Assembly: GCA_977018835.1 (NCBI GenBank)
Contig: OZ361257.1
Coordinates: 62,001-126,000 of the forward strand
Direction of reading: 5' to 3'
From: Minutocellus sp. GHC0000111
Taxonomy: Eukaryota
Length of the DNA stretch: 64,000 nt
Shown here: positions 22,872 to 35,368 of the stretch, in pieces
How positions within the stretch are numbered: position 1 is the stretch's first letter
Layout: the number at the start of each line of letters is the position of its first letter
Notes under the pieces: model-generated
Told to the model about the DNA's origin: nothing
The model's database searches: none
Seen by the model: only the letters and a program-made list of their open reading frames with translations
Position numbers and translations under genes: made by a program

Positions 22872-25127
22872 TTATGCGTAAAATTGAGGGCGCTGACCCT
22901 TGCCAAGAACGCCTCGGAAAAGCGTTAGACGCTTTTCTTCGTGGTTAGCATATCTTCCTAAGATGTCGCGGGCACGAAGAAGAGCAGGCTCTATATTCTC
23001 TGGAGTATAGTCTCCTTGGTTAATTGGAGGCATCGCGGTGAGAATCATTTGTTTGATCAATATCGAGTGAACATGAGGAGCGTAGCCGTTGTCTTGCAAG
23101 TAGTCACCGATCCACTGGCCGAGTTCCGTGGTCCTCTCTGCCATTACGTCCGGATCTCCCTTCATGGCCGTATTGAGAAGATCACAGATTTCTTGCTTAT
23201 CCACGGAACTATTAGGGTCTGAAAGTTCTGCTAAGGAACGATCTTGGATATCTCTCTTGAATTGATAATGAGCACGAGCAGAAGCCAAAAGCTGGTCGAG
23301 CTTGTCCTTCTCTTCCTCATATGAATTGACCTTCGGAACGATATAGTGTTTACCTTCCTTGGCTCTGTTGCGATTGATGGCAAACAGAACGCCGGGCTCA
23401 ACATAAGAGCCAGCCAGAGCTCTCTCGACCATATCCTCATCTTCTCCCGGTAAAGGACGGAGTTCAGACGGAACCTTTTTGGGTGGTGGGCCCATTTCGG
23501 GACGCCACATGAGGGGTGCATTGATTGCGCCGGCGAGAAAACTCACGCCGATACCAGTCCAAATTGAGATGTTTGTAGTGGTGGCGTCGGCGAGAATTCC
23601 AAATAGCCAAGGCGCCAAGGCCATGCCGAAGTTCATGGCAGAGTTGTTCAAGCCTTGTACAAATCCAAGTTTGTCCTCTGGCGCTAAAATGTCTAACATC
23701 GGCCCTGTTGTAAGCTGCGAGAATACCGTAAACGGAAATCCCCCATACATGACTAGCACAAAGAAACCGAATGCAACCTCAGTTGCAGGCGCATAACCAG
23801 CGATGAACAACAAGGTCATCGTGAGCAATCCAGTAAAATCGTTGCCAAAGACCTAAGAAATTTAATAGACGCGAAAGAGACAAAGAGAGAGAGATGCATA
23901 TGAGATATTTGATTAAAAAATCATTCATTCAAGTACGCTGCATGCAACGCGGTGCCAGGAAATATCTGTAGAATGCAGCTTCTTGGTTACTTACACAGCA
24001 TCCTGAAGGCCCAATGCGAGCAAACACATGAGATGTGATTAGGGTACTGGGAATAACGAGCAAGGCAACGCATACGGAGACCCGGTCACGCTCATGATCG
24101 GCTCTTGTCCTGCATCGATGAAATTCAGAGTGTACTGCTCGAGCGCCAGTGGGCTAAGGCACATCGGAAACAGAGCGGTAGACCCAAAATTATCCGCAAG
24201 AGCTCCGCCAATCACGTTCCACATGGCACACTGATCAATCTTTTCAGGCCGTTGCATGTTGTTAAACTCATCGTCGTCGTCGTCCTTGAGGCTAGCAGGA
24301 TCCTCGGCGATTCGTTCGTCACCCGGCTCAATGAGAAAACGAGCAATCAAAATGGCCGATAACAAACAAAGGCCAGCGCCTACCCACAACGGGGCAAACA
24401 GGCCTGATCCATTCATTAAAATAGCAATCATTCCTCCGCCAGCATTGCCGGTGACAAACATACCGACCAGCATGCCCAGCTGCTTCTCTTTGTCAACTTT
24501 CTTGGAAAAGATATCCCCCAAGTAGGCCATGCCGACTGGAAGGTTGCCAAGAAAGAAACCAAAGATGAAGTTGGTAATGCAAAAGGGCCAGAACTCGTTC
24601 CGAGTGTAGTACTTGACGATGTTGCCTGCGAAGGAAATGACGGACATCCAAAGCAATGGCTGCTTTCGTCCAACCCTGTCGCTGAGCTTGCCCACCAGGG
24701 TGCTGGATATGGCCACACCCAGCAGACTGCACATGGGGATGAAGTACGTGGCGCTGTTGAAACCGAATGGTTCGGTCGAGGGGAAGGAATCGGGATGCTC
24801 ACCGCTGCACATAATCGCATAATTTGGGTTTAGCATCTTAGTGCTGATAGCCGACGTTAGAATGGCAAACTGCAGCGTCCAGATGCTGTGCTTGCGGTAG
24901 TTGCCGTCGGTAATCAGCTTGTACTTGCGGGGTAGAATAATTCGCTTGGTTTCGTCGCGATTGAATAGCCACTCGCCCCATGATTTGCCATCGCCGGTAG
25001 CAGTTTCACCGGCGGCGGCGGCGGTTATAGATGAGATTGGCATGGGCTTCATGTCGGAGGAGGAGGCGGCAGCCGCCTCCTCGTCGACAAACTTCTCCAC
25101 CGGTACAGCTTCTTCAGTTGAGCTCAT
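22872..25127 (-). pseudogene. MFS transporter (tetracycline/DHA1-like); intron 23853-23994; frameshift near 24080
   Basis: Motif A GKLSDRVGRK and multiple TMs; after SVTG the TM continues in another frame (SVCVALLVIPSTLITSHVFARIGPSGCC), then a GTAAGT...TAG intron. Confidence 0.8.
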
Positions 25128-25469
25128 CTCCTTCTTTGTTTACCAATCAATTATTAGTGGATCCTTTACACCAGTGATTATCGATAGTTGATATCGTCGG
25201 AGAAATGCGACAATACAAGGATGCATGGCCTCCATGGCCCGGCTCAACGTCCGCCGGCGGGCTTTTCAATTCCAGCATGACATGTGCTGCTAGAGAAAAC
25301 ATTTCATAAGAGGTTATCTGAATGATATTTTTACCGCAACTGAGAGTAACATTGATCTTCACATAAACACATTTCTAATTACCACTTTTATCATATGCTG
25401 GCGGCGGCTGATAGTCAAATTGTTTGCAAAACTTTTATTGATAAGAGGTTATTTTGATTGCGATTATCA

Positions 25470-26173
25470 GGAAGGCGAGGCCCGCTTCAGCGCTGGTGAG
25501 GAGGGCGATGCGTTGTATATTGTGGATTCGGGCGAGGTAGATGTCCAAGTCCGGGGCAAGCATGTCTTTACGGCCACTCCGGGCAATCTCTGTGGCGAGC
25601 ATAGCGTCCTAACTGGACAAAATCGGAATTCTACTGCCATTTGTGCGTCTCCAGAAGGGTGCCGAGCGGAAAAGATGAGCTGCAAGGATTTCCGAACACT
25701 GATGGATTCAAGCCCCGGTATGGAGGACAGTCTCAGAGAGTTATCGATCCGTCGAGACTTCAAGAAGGCTGTAGTGCATCGCCTCCGCAAAGAGTTTCCA
25801 TACGATAATCCCAAAGCTGCGTTTGATGCCGTCAAGGGCGGCAGTATGCGTCGACAGCTCACACGAAAGTTCAAGGAGAGGGGCGATCCAGATGTGTTGA
25901 GCTTGGAGGATGTCTCTCATTTGTGAGTGTGCCCGTGTGATTTATTGACTTTGTTTTGTTTGCATTGGATTGAAGCTAATCTTACCATCTTGCCAATTGT
26001 CCATTGTCCTCCTTGCTCTTGCTTGTAGAATGCGCGATATGGACAAAGATTATACCGACGAAGAAATTCAAGAGGTGATGGATGTTGTCGATCTAACGGG
26101 TTCTGGAGACATTTGCTTTGAGGAGTTCTGCAAGGTATTCATCGCAAACATAAAGACAAGCGCGTCGATATAA
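25470..26173 (+). pseudogene. cNMP-binding domain + EF-hand fragment, apparently 5'-truncated; intron 25923-26028
   Basis: GEEGDALYIVDSGEV...GEHSVL...RNSTA (cNMP) and DLTGSGDICFEEF (EF-hand); no convincing ATG, and only ~340 bp to the divergent MFS start. Confidence 0.65.
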
Positions 26174-26359
26174 GTAGGATTTTTGGTGAAGGGCCTTTAC
26201 ACATACAATCAAAATTCAACCGAGACCTGAATTCGTTCTGCATCGAAACAACTCCACATTTTTATTCCACGCTAGCTAGACTACTTAAAACCGCATTTCG
26301 GACTATCTACTCTTCATAAACGACCTCTGCGCTAGTCAATAAAGTGATGCCAGAAAGCA

Positions 26360-27823
26360 ATGCTTGCCGATCCCCGAGATAATATCAAACCCAGCGATGA
26401 AGCACCGGCCCTGCCTCTACTTGTGATGGCATCCTCCCTTCTGGACCTCGCCCTCCGACCTACTACATCCCCCATTGATGTCACATCGATATACATTGTA
26501 GAAGAAGCATTGGCTACTTTTCTCGCCGTGAGTCTTGAAGACCAATTCATGGGGAAAGAAGGTTCGGCGCGATTAGAAGAGATTGATGTAATAGTCAAGG
26601 CCCTGCGATACGATGGACTTCTCAGAGGCCGAAGGCTCACGGAAGATGGCTTTTCTGATATCCCATCCACCATTTTGACCACAACCGTCAGAGCGAAACT
26701 TCGAGGCATACCGGGTAACATTTCTCAAAAGCCTGGCTACTTTGACAGCCTCATTTTCGGCGCATTCCTAAACGCAAGCGACGGTGGAAAGTTAGAGGAT
26801 CTCCTAGCAGCAAGCTCCCATCCTATACTCAGCTCTGTTACAGATGCCGAGATATTTCTTACCTCCTTTGCCGCGTTTGCTAGGGGTCAAGCGAGTTTCG
26901 CTCCAAGCTTGCCAGGTACAGGTGCCGCCGTCATCGATGAAAATGGCATTACCCCTGGAATAATTTACTCCGGTGCAGAAAACGACCCGCCTTCTTCTCC
27001 TTCCTTTGATAAAAATGATCCGATGGATCTGGCCTTTGTTTGTATGAGTGGCCTTATCTTCTTCGCGATGATTATTCTTATTTACCTTCATAGAGTGAAG
27101 GACAAGGGGGCCTCTCATGAAGAAAGGATCCGCCTTTTTTTCCCAGGGACCGATCGTTCCCGAGCCACTGCAGATGCAGTCTATAATGACTCCAGTCCTG
27201 GTGAAGATCCCCTCAACAGGGCCAGTTTTGCCTCAGATGGGGTCGGCATGCTCGAGGGACGAACGGTCCAACCCATCCTACCCTCCACAGGACCACTTCC
27301 AACTTTGGCCAAATACCAATACCCCGTCCCCAAGCTCCGCGCTCGTCCCCAGACCAAGGCAAATAGATATACCAACCACGCTTCCATTGGTCTCAATCCA
27401 ATTCCGGAGGATCATGCATTTGCTTCTCCAGCCTACTTCGACCCGGAAAATCTTCGTCGATCTGATAGCAGCCAAAGCGCAGATCTCTTTGGAATGGATG
27501 TTGCTTCTGGGCTGAATGAAGATGCCGGCTCATTGCCATCCGAAGACATCGATTATCCCAGAGATGACTGTGGCAATGATGCCAAAAACAGCTTTTCGCG
27601 TTGGAACCAATGGTTAGAGCAGGTCATGGTTGTCAACGGCGGAATCAGAAGAAAAACTCGAGAAGGTGGTACCAGTACTAGTATCGGCGACGATGCAGAG
27701 GAATACATGTATGATGCCGACTTGGAGGATATCAATATTGGAAACATATCAAACAGCCACAGCTCCGACAGTGGCAACGATGATGATGGTGTTAGCCAGC
27801 TATCTACTGGCTATTCCTGCTAA
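26360..27823 (+). CDS. Single-pass membrane protein of unknown function
   Basis: 487-aa ORF with central TM LAFVCMSGLIFFAMIILIYL; true N-terminus uncertain. Confidence 0.6.
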   Translation: MLADPRDNIKPSDEAPALPLLVMASSLLDLALRPTTSPIDVTSIYIVEEALATFLAVSLEDQFMGKEGSARLEEIDVIVKALRYDGLLRGRRLTEDGFSDIPSTILTTTVRAKLRGIPGNISQKPGYFDSLIFGAFLNASDGGKLEDLLAASSHPILSSVTDAEIFLTSFAAFARGQASFAPSLPGTGAAVIDENGITPGIIYSGAENDPPSSPSFDKNDPMDLAFVCMSGLIFFAMIILIYLHRVKDKGASHEERIRLFFPGTDRSRATADAVYNDSSPGEDPLNRASFASDGVGMLEGRTVQPILPSTGPLPTLAKYQYPVPKLRARPQTKANRYTNHASIGLNPIPEDHAFASPAYFDPENLRRSDSSQSADLFGMDVASGLNEDAGSLPSEDIDYPRDDCGNDAKNSFSRWNQWLEQVMVVNGGIRRKTREGGTSTSIGDDAEEYMYDADLEDINIGNISNSHSSDSGNDDDGVSQLSTGYSC

Positions 27824-28047
27824 TCGACGATGATTGCATGTACCTCGCGCACAGAAGGGTAGGTCCGTCACAATTTGCTTAGCAGGCTACGGCCGGTCTA
27901 TGTATCCAGACTCAGATAATAGCCGCACAGCAAATTAGATTAGAAATCGATTAGAAAAGAATTAGAGACACAATCAGCAAGATGAAATTAATTGTTCTCC
28001 TACATCTCATCACGCCGTCTTTCTGTTCGGAAACATGACACATGCCT

Positions 28048-28587
28048 TCATTTTGCTGACCGAAGGTAGGCCTGGATCGAGGGCAGGGCGGCATCGCCAA
28101 TGTGGAGCAAGGCATGTGTCCCGTCGTTCGTCCGCAGTTCACCCCACTGCTTGCCATCGGATGAACAAAAGTGAACAGACACGTAGTCTGAAGTCTGCGA
28201 CCCAAAGTATGCCTTGGTGCAATCGCGACCGTATGTCCCCACGGTCACCTTGGTTATTTGGGTGCCATCCAGCGGAAATCGCTGGGCGATGGTGGCCATC
28301 ACCTCCGCGGAGGACATGGTGACGATGAGGGGTGCATCGTCGGGAGTTTTTCGGCGCTTTTCCCTGATGTCGCTGCCTCCGGCGTTGTCCATCTTTTCAG
28401 AACCATCGTCATGTTGGCGCATGCCGTCGCTATCGTCATCGAGGACCGTGGTCGGGCTGATCCGAAAGCAGCGGCCGATGCCGGAGGTTTGCAATTGCAT
28501 AGCGAGGTGGCTGCGCTTGTGCTGGTGATTCCCTCCGCCAGCGTCGAGGTCCATTATCTCGGCATCATTTCCACCAGTTCCGTGCAT
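28048..28587 (-). CDS. Hypothetical protein (179 aa)
   Basis: ATG-started ORF with a globular-looking C-terminal half. Confidence 0.5.
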   Translation of the reverse strand: MHGTGGNDAEIMDLDAGGGNHQHKRSHLAMQLQTSGIGRCFRISPTTVLDDDSDGMRQHDDGSEKMDNAGGSDIREKRRKTPDDAPLIVTMSSAEVMATIAQRFPLDGTQITKVTVGTYGRDCTKAYFGSQTSDYVSVHFCSSDGKQWGELRTNDGTHALLHIGDAALPSIQAYLRSAK

Positions 28588-29163
28588 ATTTGCAATTGCC
28601 TTTGTGTGTTCCTCGGCTCCTCTATCCTCCGGCGGACTTTTCAGTTTCCCTCGGCACTTATTATTGTGTCACAAACATTGTGCTGCGTCAAGGAAAGGAA
28701 AGATACCCAACTAACAACAATGTACTCCGTTGCTTGAGTCAGGAATGAAAACTATTCTCTCTTGCTCCTCAGTAACTGAATGGAGAGATATCGTTTGCTC
28801 GGGCCCGGTACTACTACCGCCGGTACCCAACAAAAAGTGATGGGTGCGGTCGCGGCGGCATCGGCAGACGGTTCGAACTCGCGAGCCTGCCGCGCCTCGA
28901 CGTACGTAGAAGTCTCATCGTACGTAGAATGTCTCACCTTGCTTGGCGGCATGGCATCGATCGACCGACCACACAACAATGGCGAACAACTGGCGTCGGC
29001 CGTTGCTTGCGTATCTGCTTGCGGCACCGTAGAAGCGGCGAACGCGTGTGGTCATTTGCCCTGCGGCGTGTAAGAGGCTTGCTTTTAGCAGTTGATGTTC
29101 AGTTTTTAGAGCTGCGTCTGAACTCCAGCGAAAGAACAGTGCCATTCAGAGAAGAGCCGCCCA

Positions 29164-30678
29164 ATGATGCACTCGGACCCAAGCACGCCCGTCTCCACAC
29201 CGCAACCACCCTCGGGTCGCAAACGCCCGCGTCCCAGAGGATCTCCCCCGACAACCCCTACTGCAACTGCCGCCTCATCGATCAGCTCGGCCGTATCGTC
29301 CGACGAAACCATCACCATCGCCGCTGCCTCCATCACATGCTTCTTCATCCTGGCGGCGTGGTTCGCCCATTCGGCATTGGATGAATTCCATCAAAATTCC
29401 TTCCACAACGATAATTATAGCACCAACCACCCTCTTGACCTCATGCAACGACATCGGGCTCGCCAGGCCCCTCGGCCGAAACCGCGTCGTGCCATGTTAT
29501 TCAAGCCCCTCGGCGGGCAGGGATTTGGCAACGTCATCAACGGCTTGTTGAGTGCGCACATGCTGGCCGACGAGTATGATCGCATTGTTTGTGTGGATCC
29601 CAACTTCAAGGCGTTTTTAAGAGCATTTGAACCGCTCCAAACCAAGGAGGAGGCGGACTTTTGCGCGTCGGAGTGGTATGCGCTCAAATCGACCAAGAGA
29701 GACAAGAAGGACCAAGCACGAGATTGCAAGATTGTCAACTTCTCCGCCGGGACGTTGAACGAGTGTAGCCTGCGGGAGTGCTTGAGTCATGACGGACCGA
29801 TTACATTTACGGGCAACACGTATCCGCGATGGTCGCATGTCTCAAAAGATTACTTTGCCACGCATTATCAACCCACCAAATTGCTCGAGGCCATACTGCC
29901 GTGGCATCCCAACCCACCCGACGTGGTTGTACACTTGCGCAAGGAGGATGGACAGAAGGACAAACGGAAGGGGTTGGACGACGATACGTTCCATGCACTC
30001 GGCAGAATGTTACCGAGTGATACATTCTTGGTTACCAACAATGTGGAGTGGTATTCGTGGTTTGGCACGAATTACGGATGGAAAAACAGCGGTTGGTTCG
30101 AGGTCAAGCACAGCATCCTGAAGAAGACGTGGGGCAACCGTGGTGCTCCCGATCAGCAGGAGGTAGTGGAGACCATGGTCACCAACAAGCTCAACATCAC
30201 CGTCGATGAGTTGCACGAGTTGACCATGTATTCGGACTGGTGGACCTTGGCATCCGCGAATAAAAAAGTTTTGCACACGCACTCAGATTTCTCTTTGAGT
30301 GCCGTCCATTGGATGAACAAGGAGAGCAAGACGATCATGGGGATGAGAGAGGTGGCAGAGAAAGATTTGGAGGATCATCCAGATTTGAAGGTTGGAGACC
30401 AAATGCTGGATCTGATTGATGAAGAGTGGATACGAGACGGAGAAACGCCGCGGTTGGTCGATCGGACACTCGATATGCTGAAGAATTGCGATGTCGAGGA
30501 GCTCAAGAAGCTAAAGGCAAAAGCGGCCAGGGATGCAGCAAAAAAGAGAACGGAACGTGTCTATGAGTCAATTGGGGATGACGACAACCCACTTCGTCAC
30601 GTTGAGTTGCCAAATGACTTGCAGATGAGATTTGTTTCTCGGCAGTATGCTTATTTCAATCCGAGGAGTAAATTGTGA
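29164..30678 (+). CDS. Type II membrane glycosyltransferase, fucosyltransferase-like (GT-B)
   Basis: N-terminal TM; GQGFGNVINGL, VVHLR and SDFS resemble GDP-fucose-binding motifs. Confidence 0.65.
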   Translation: MMHSDPSTPVSTPQPPSGRKRPRPRGSPPTTPTATAASSISSAVSSDETITIAAASITCFFILAAWFAHSALDEFHQNSFHNDNYSTNHPLDLMQRHRARQAPRPKPRRAMLFKPLGGQGFGNVINGLLSAHMLADEYDRIVCVDPNFKAFLRAFEPLQTKEEADFCASEWYALKSTKRDKKDQARDCKIVNFSAGTLNECSLRECLSHDGPITFTGNTYPRWSHVSKDYFATHYQPTKLLEAILPWHPNPPDVVVHLRKEDGQKDKRKGLDDDTFHALGRMLPSDTFLVTNNVEWYSWFGTNYGWKNSGWFEVKHSILKKTWGNRGAPDQQEVVETMVTNKLNITVDELHELTMYSDWWTLASANKKVLHTHSDFSLSAVHWMNKESKTIMGMREVAEKDLEDHPDLKVGDQMLDLIDEEWIRDGETPRLVDRTLDMLKNCDVEELKKLKAKAARDAAKKRTERVYESIGDDDNPLRHVELPNDLQMRFVSRQYAYFNPRSKL

Positions 30679-30719
30679 TCTAGGAGCTATTGTAGGGTAA
30701 AAATGATATGAATTGATAA

Positions 30720-32800
30720 TTATTTGAGAGTACGGAGGTGGTACAGATTGTTCGACTTGAAGGTATCTGTCTCGAATGCACCGTCATCAGAAGGTCTGAG
30801 TGCTCTCACCGCCCAATGGCCGTCTTGAGTCTTTTCAGTTATCACTGCATTGAAACCATTCCGGATGCGACCATTTCCTTCATCGTAGCTGATGCCTTTC
30901 ATACGGACAAGATCTCCGACTGAGAAAGCGCCAAGCTTTTTGCAACTTCTGCCGTGCCACATGTCCCAAGCGAAGGAAGCACACTCCTTCGAGCAAAAAT
31001 GGGCTTGGCAGCAACGACGGCACTTCAAGAGGGTTGGCAGCGTTTTACTTACGGTCTTTCCGCACTGATTACAGGCGGTACCGCCGACGGTATTTCTATA
31101 TAATATCTTCATATCTTCGATGCGCTCCTCAGAATCGGCAGAGCCATCACCATGGGCAAATCGAATCGAAGCAATTTCCTCCAAAGCACCAAAGCGTGAT
31201 GCTCCTTGGAGAGTGGCCAAACGTCGAGCCGAGTCATCCACCAGACGGGCAGAAAGAGCTTTCAAGGGACAATTCTCATTGTTATTGACGTGGTCACAAA
31301 GTGCGAACGACTTCCGGCGAATGACTACTTCTCTGGGACAGTTCGAGGAGTAACTTGTCTCTTCGATGTAAGGAAGTTGACAGAAGCTATCCGCCTGTAT
31401 CACCAAGGCCAAGGCGCGAATATAGGCTGGGAGCTTTGGGTTATTTATGATTGCATCAGTGATGGAGCGAAAATTACGATCAAGCTCACCAACCTGAATG
31501 TCACGAGAGTCCGTCCTCGCATGGGAAGCAACGCTGGTGAGCATAAGTAGCAAGAAATGTTCGGATCCGAGTAGAGCTTCTGGGGCGCGTGGGTCTACTT
31601 CAGATAACACGCCGGCAGCATCTCTCATTATTGTTGGGATAGAGCGAAATAGATCTCGGTTCACTGACAGGCCCATCAAATGATGCATGGAGCCAACAAG
31701 ACCACCAAGGCCGACAAGCAAAGGAGAGCTCGATTTAGCGAATTGCTGCGCTAGATCCTTCAATGCCGTAAAAGTCATGCGTAAAATGCCGTCGCCCGAA
31801 TCATAATCGGCGAGACGTAGCTCTTCTGGTGACATGTTGTGTTGGTCCAGAAAGAATAGATTCGTCAATGACGATGGCGCTTGGCCGGTCGTTAAAAGCT
31901 GGTCGTAAAAGGGCCCAAAGGTTTTCGAATCGAATCGATCGAATCTAGAGCATTCTGTGCAAATCCATCCATTTCAAAGTCTAACAGGTGATCTGCCAAC
32001 CTCTTGGCTTCCTTCAAGCGACCGTCTTTGACTAAAGCCACGAGAAACTTATGGATGTACACAGAGGTTTCACGGTAGGCATCAGGGGCGAGAACGAGGG
32101 CACGCTCAGCATACTTCGCGGCTAAGCTAATGTTCTGTGGCAAGTCATAAAATTTCATGTAAGCAGGCCTCAAAGGAAAACTAGTTGCATCTCGGTTCCA
32201 CCCATGGCCCACCGAGAGAGAGTGGCAGGCATGAGGGTGACCGGCGTCTGCCGCTAGCTCCATCAGCCGTAGGAACAAATGGCCGTCTTTGAAATTCATT
32301 GTGGCCCGTGCATAATGATACAGAGCCCAAGGGGCCCCTGTCTTGACATGCATCAAAATGAGATCGGGGCTTGACGTACAGATACGTCTGTGAGCACTGA
32401 AGCAATCGTCGCACACCATTGCGCCACATGGCATGTGAAGAGAGGCAACTTCTGGTAGGCATCCGTCCGGAAACGAAACTGAGCAGTGAGCGCAAATCCT
32501 AGGATCGTCGTTAGTCGATACGATGCCTCGAAGGCTAGGGATCTTGAGAGCGCGAATGGCCTCCTCGGGATGCTCGGTCCTTGTTGCATCGATGTATGCT
32601 CCGAACGATGGAACTTTGACCTTCTGGACTGTCGAAGGTAGGACGACCGTCTGCCTGGCCAAAGAATTCCGCTCGATCCTCTCCACCAAGGCTGGAGGAG
32701 GGTCGACGTCCATGGGGTCACTGCGTCCCCCGACGCTTCCACGCTTGCCACTGCCGGCGGCACCCTCACGGCGGCCCTTTTTGAAGCTCTTCTTTCCCAT
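30720..32800 (-). pseudogene. Zn-finger/SEL1-like/MYND protein, probably one gene frameshifted near 31900
   Basis: N-part has CAHC..MPCG..CDDC and AADAGHPHA (Sel1-like); C-part has MYND CNQC...CRRCCQAHFCSKECASFAWDMWH..C; frames overlap (GPFYDQLLTTG...). Confidence 0.6.
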
Positions 32801-33733
32801 AGTTTAGCAGTTGTGGAAGGAGGGCGAGGGAGGCAAGAGGAGGCGATGAAGATCTGTTCCCTAGGATCGACGGACAGTCCAGGATCGACGGACAGTCTAG
32901 TAGCTACCTGGCTGGCACGTCTTACGCCAAATGCAGTTGGATGGATCTTTCGAGCGATGTGAATGGAGCCAAAGCTATGTAGAATGTTTCTGCTGGCCTC
33001 CGATATAATATACTCGTTTGGAGCTGATTGTGTGGGCCTTGGTTGGGTGTATCTGTCCAAGGCTGGTAGTAGTTGTTGCTATTGTTGTTGGTTCGATATC
33101 TTTTTTTCTTTCGTTGTGTGAAAAGTGAGGAGGAGTGGCCGCTGCCATGCGACCTAGGCCAGACACGCGGCCTCTCGAATCATTGGACTGCAACGAAAAT
33201 TTTGCCCAGCATGGTCAAACGAAGCAGGATATCCAATCGATGCTGGTGCTATCAGGTGAGGAGATCGACATCAGCCCAAAGTAGGCAGGCAACTTTCATG
33301 CATGAGTCCAACATACACGTAGCAGCTCCCGATCACGTGATGTGCCAGCAGCTACGAGCGAGTGGCATCTTATGTCAGTGCAGCGCAGCGCAGTATCATG
33401 GCCGAACTGGCCCGGCGATCTGCCATGCTGCTGCTGTCCAACGACGCCTCGCTCGATATTCGGTACCGCCGCCGCCTTGCGACTTGCTGATCGGTGTTAT
33501 TAGGTTATGGGCCGAAAATAAACCCGAAAATTCCCGAGGCTGATTATGCGAGGTACCCCAGCTCCATTTGGCGCACCTGCTTGTGCGAACATGAGGCAAA
33601 TGCATTCGGCGGCCGTCACTCACCTCTCGCCGGCACGTGAGCAGAAGAAGTTAAGTTGTATCCTTTACAATTGCGAGCTAGTGATTGAATAGTCGCTCGC
33701 TGCCCATACCATACCTCGAAATCACACGGAAAG

Positions 33734-34945
33734 ATGAGCCAGCCGCCGCCGCCGTCAATGGCGCATTCGTCAGCTACCGCAAGGCGGAGGCGGAATTCTT
33801 CTGGCACTACTGCGCGTACTGCCCTAACTCTTCTGGGCCTTGTGGCTGCTACTGCAATCGGCGCATCGTCTGCCGAGACAACACCAACAGTAGCCGATGG
33901 CAGCACCGCCCTCCACGAACAATGCATCCAACTCGATCCCGACAGCATGTCCAGCGACCAGCCCAACCGACCAATGCTCCTCTTCAAATACGCCCGCACC
34001 GGATCCACCTGGCTGGCCTGGACGGGCAGCAAGCTCCGTCTGCAATCCGGCCTGGCCATGACGTGGATCCACGAAACCCAAAAGTGCATGCTGGACCAAT
34101 ACGAATCGCCGGAAGAGGAGGCGGCCGACCTGGCCACGTGGCTATCGGAGTATTTCTCCAAGGTCCCGCAAGAGGAGGCCCTAGTCAATACGCGGGCCAA
34201 CCTCAAGAACGGCAGCGGATCCAAGCACGTCAATCATCAGTGCTTGGTGACGGCCGGCAAGGATGTGGAGGCAATGGGGAGCAACATCGCCACGCTCAAC
34301 CCTCACGCGTCGCACGAGGAAACGCCAGATGTGACCGACGAGCAGTGGGGTGATATATTCGAGGCCAACCCGACGCTGGCCGTGGGGGTGCTGGTTAGGA
34401 CCAATTCGGTCAAGAGGGCCATATCGGGTATTGCCTCGGAAGTACAACGGGAGATGTGCGGGTCGAAGAAGCTTCACGGCGATGAGGACTGCATTGATAA
34501 GCTGCCCAAGACGTTGCGTTTGGATCCGCAGCTGCTGATGGACTCCATTGTAGAGAGTGAGAGGAAGCAAATTATTGTTACCGAGGAGGCTGCCAGATTA
34601 TCACGCCTGTATGGAGATGGCAAAGTATTCTGCCTATCCTACGAAGCCATGCAATTAAATCTATCAGGAGAAATGAAGGACCTCGGTGAGTTTTTAGGAG
34701 CGCCCATTGCCGATGCCTCCATCGAAGAGCTGTGGAACGAGCAGCACGGGGCGTCGGCGTCGGTGTCGTACAAGCGTGGATCGGACGATCTGCGAGAATA
34801 TTTGGAGAACTACGAGGAGATACGGGACTTTTTGAGCGCCCAGTCGCCCTGTCTTTTGGAGCAGCTCGAAGCGTCCGAGCCACGGATATTTCCCACTTGC
34901 GGGATTTGGGACGGTGGTGATGTGGATGTGGAGGAAGATGAATGA
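33734..34945 (+). CDS. Sulfotransferase (Stf0/Golgi type) with N-terminal signal anchor
   Basis: 5'-PSB ARTGSTWL, 3'-PB RTNSVKRAIS, LSYE, FLG, ENYEE. Confidence 0.8.
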   Translation: MSQPPPPSMAHSSATARRRRNSSGTTARTALTLLGLVAATAIGASSAETTPTVADGSTALHEQCIQLDPDSMSSDQPNRPMLLFKYARTGSTWLAWTGSKLRLQSGLAMTWIHETQKCMLDQYESPEEEAADLATWLSEYFSKVPQEEALVNTRANLKNGSGSKHVNHQCLVTAGKDVEAMGSNIATLNPHASHEETPDVTDEQWGDIFEANPTLAVGVLVRTNSVKRAISGIASEVQREMCGSKKLHGDEDCIDKLPKTLRLDPQLLMDSIVESERKQIIVTEEAARLSRLYGDGKVFCLSYEAMQLNLSGEMKDLGEFLGAPIADASIEELWNEQHGASASVSYKRGSDDLREYLENYEEIRDFLSAQSPCLLEQLEASEPRIFPTCGIWDGGDVDVEEDE

Positions 34946-35368
34946 GTTGATTGTTAGATATAGATCTAGTTACGGTGCCGGTAGGAATCCTAAGAGTAGT
35001 TTGTGCACACTAGACTTTACATGCATGGCAGAGCATGTGGATAAGATTCTACATGGAGGATATGAATTCCGAGAAAAGGGGGAAAGGCCGAGAGGAAGGG
35101 GACGGACTTCAAAAATTCTCGCGCGCGCCAACAAAAATGATGCGAGCCCGCGCGCGCCATCGATTCTTTTGGCGCCCGAAATGCCAAACCGCCGCAAACG
35201 CCCAACACTGCTGGAAGTCCTCATTTTCAATACTAGTAAGTCAAATGAAAGAGCACATTCTGACTCCGCTTCATTTTCTTCCTTGTAGTCAGGTTATATC
35301 TTTTTGGTTCTGTGGTGTTTAATTGGGTTGGTCATCAACCTTAACACTTCACTTTTGTCAAAAAAACG

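Noticed and set aside
18090..28927. Shared 14-mer CTCATCGTACGTAG in two divergent promoters
   Set aside because: Several exact 14-mer matches are expected by chance in 64 kb, and the core is a common TA-palindrome
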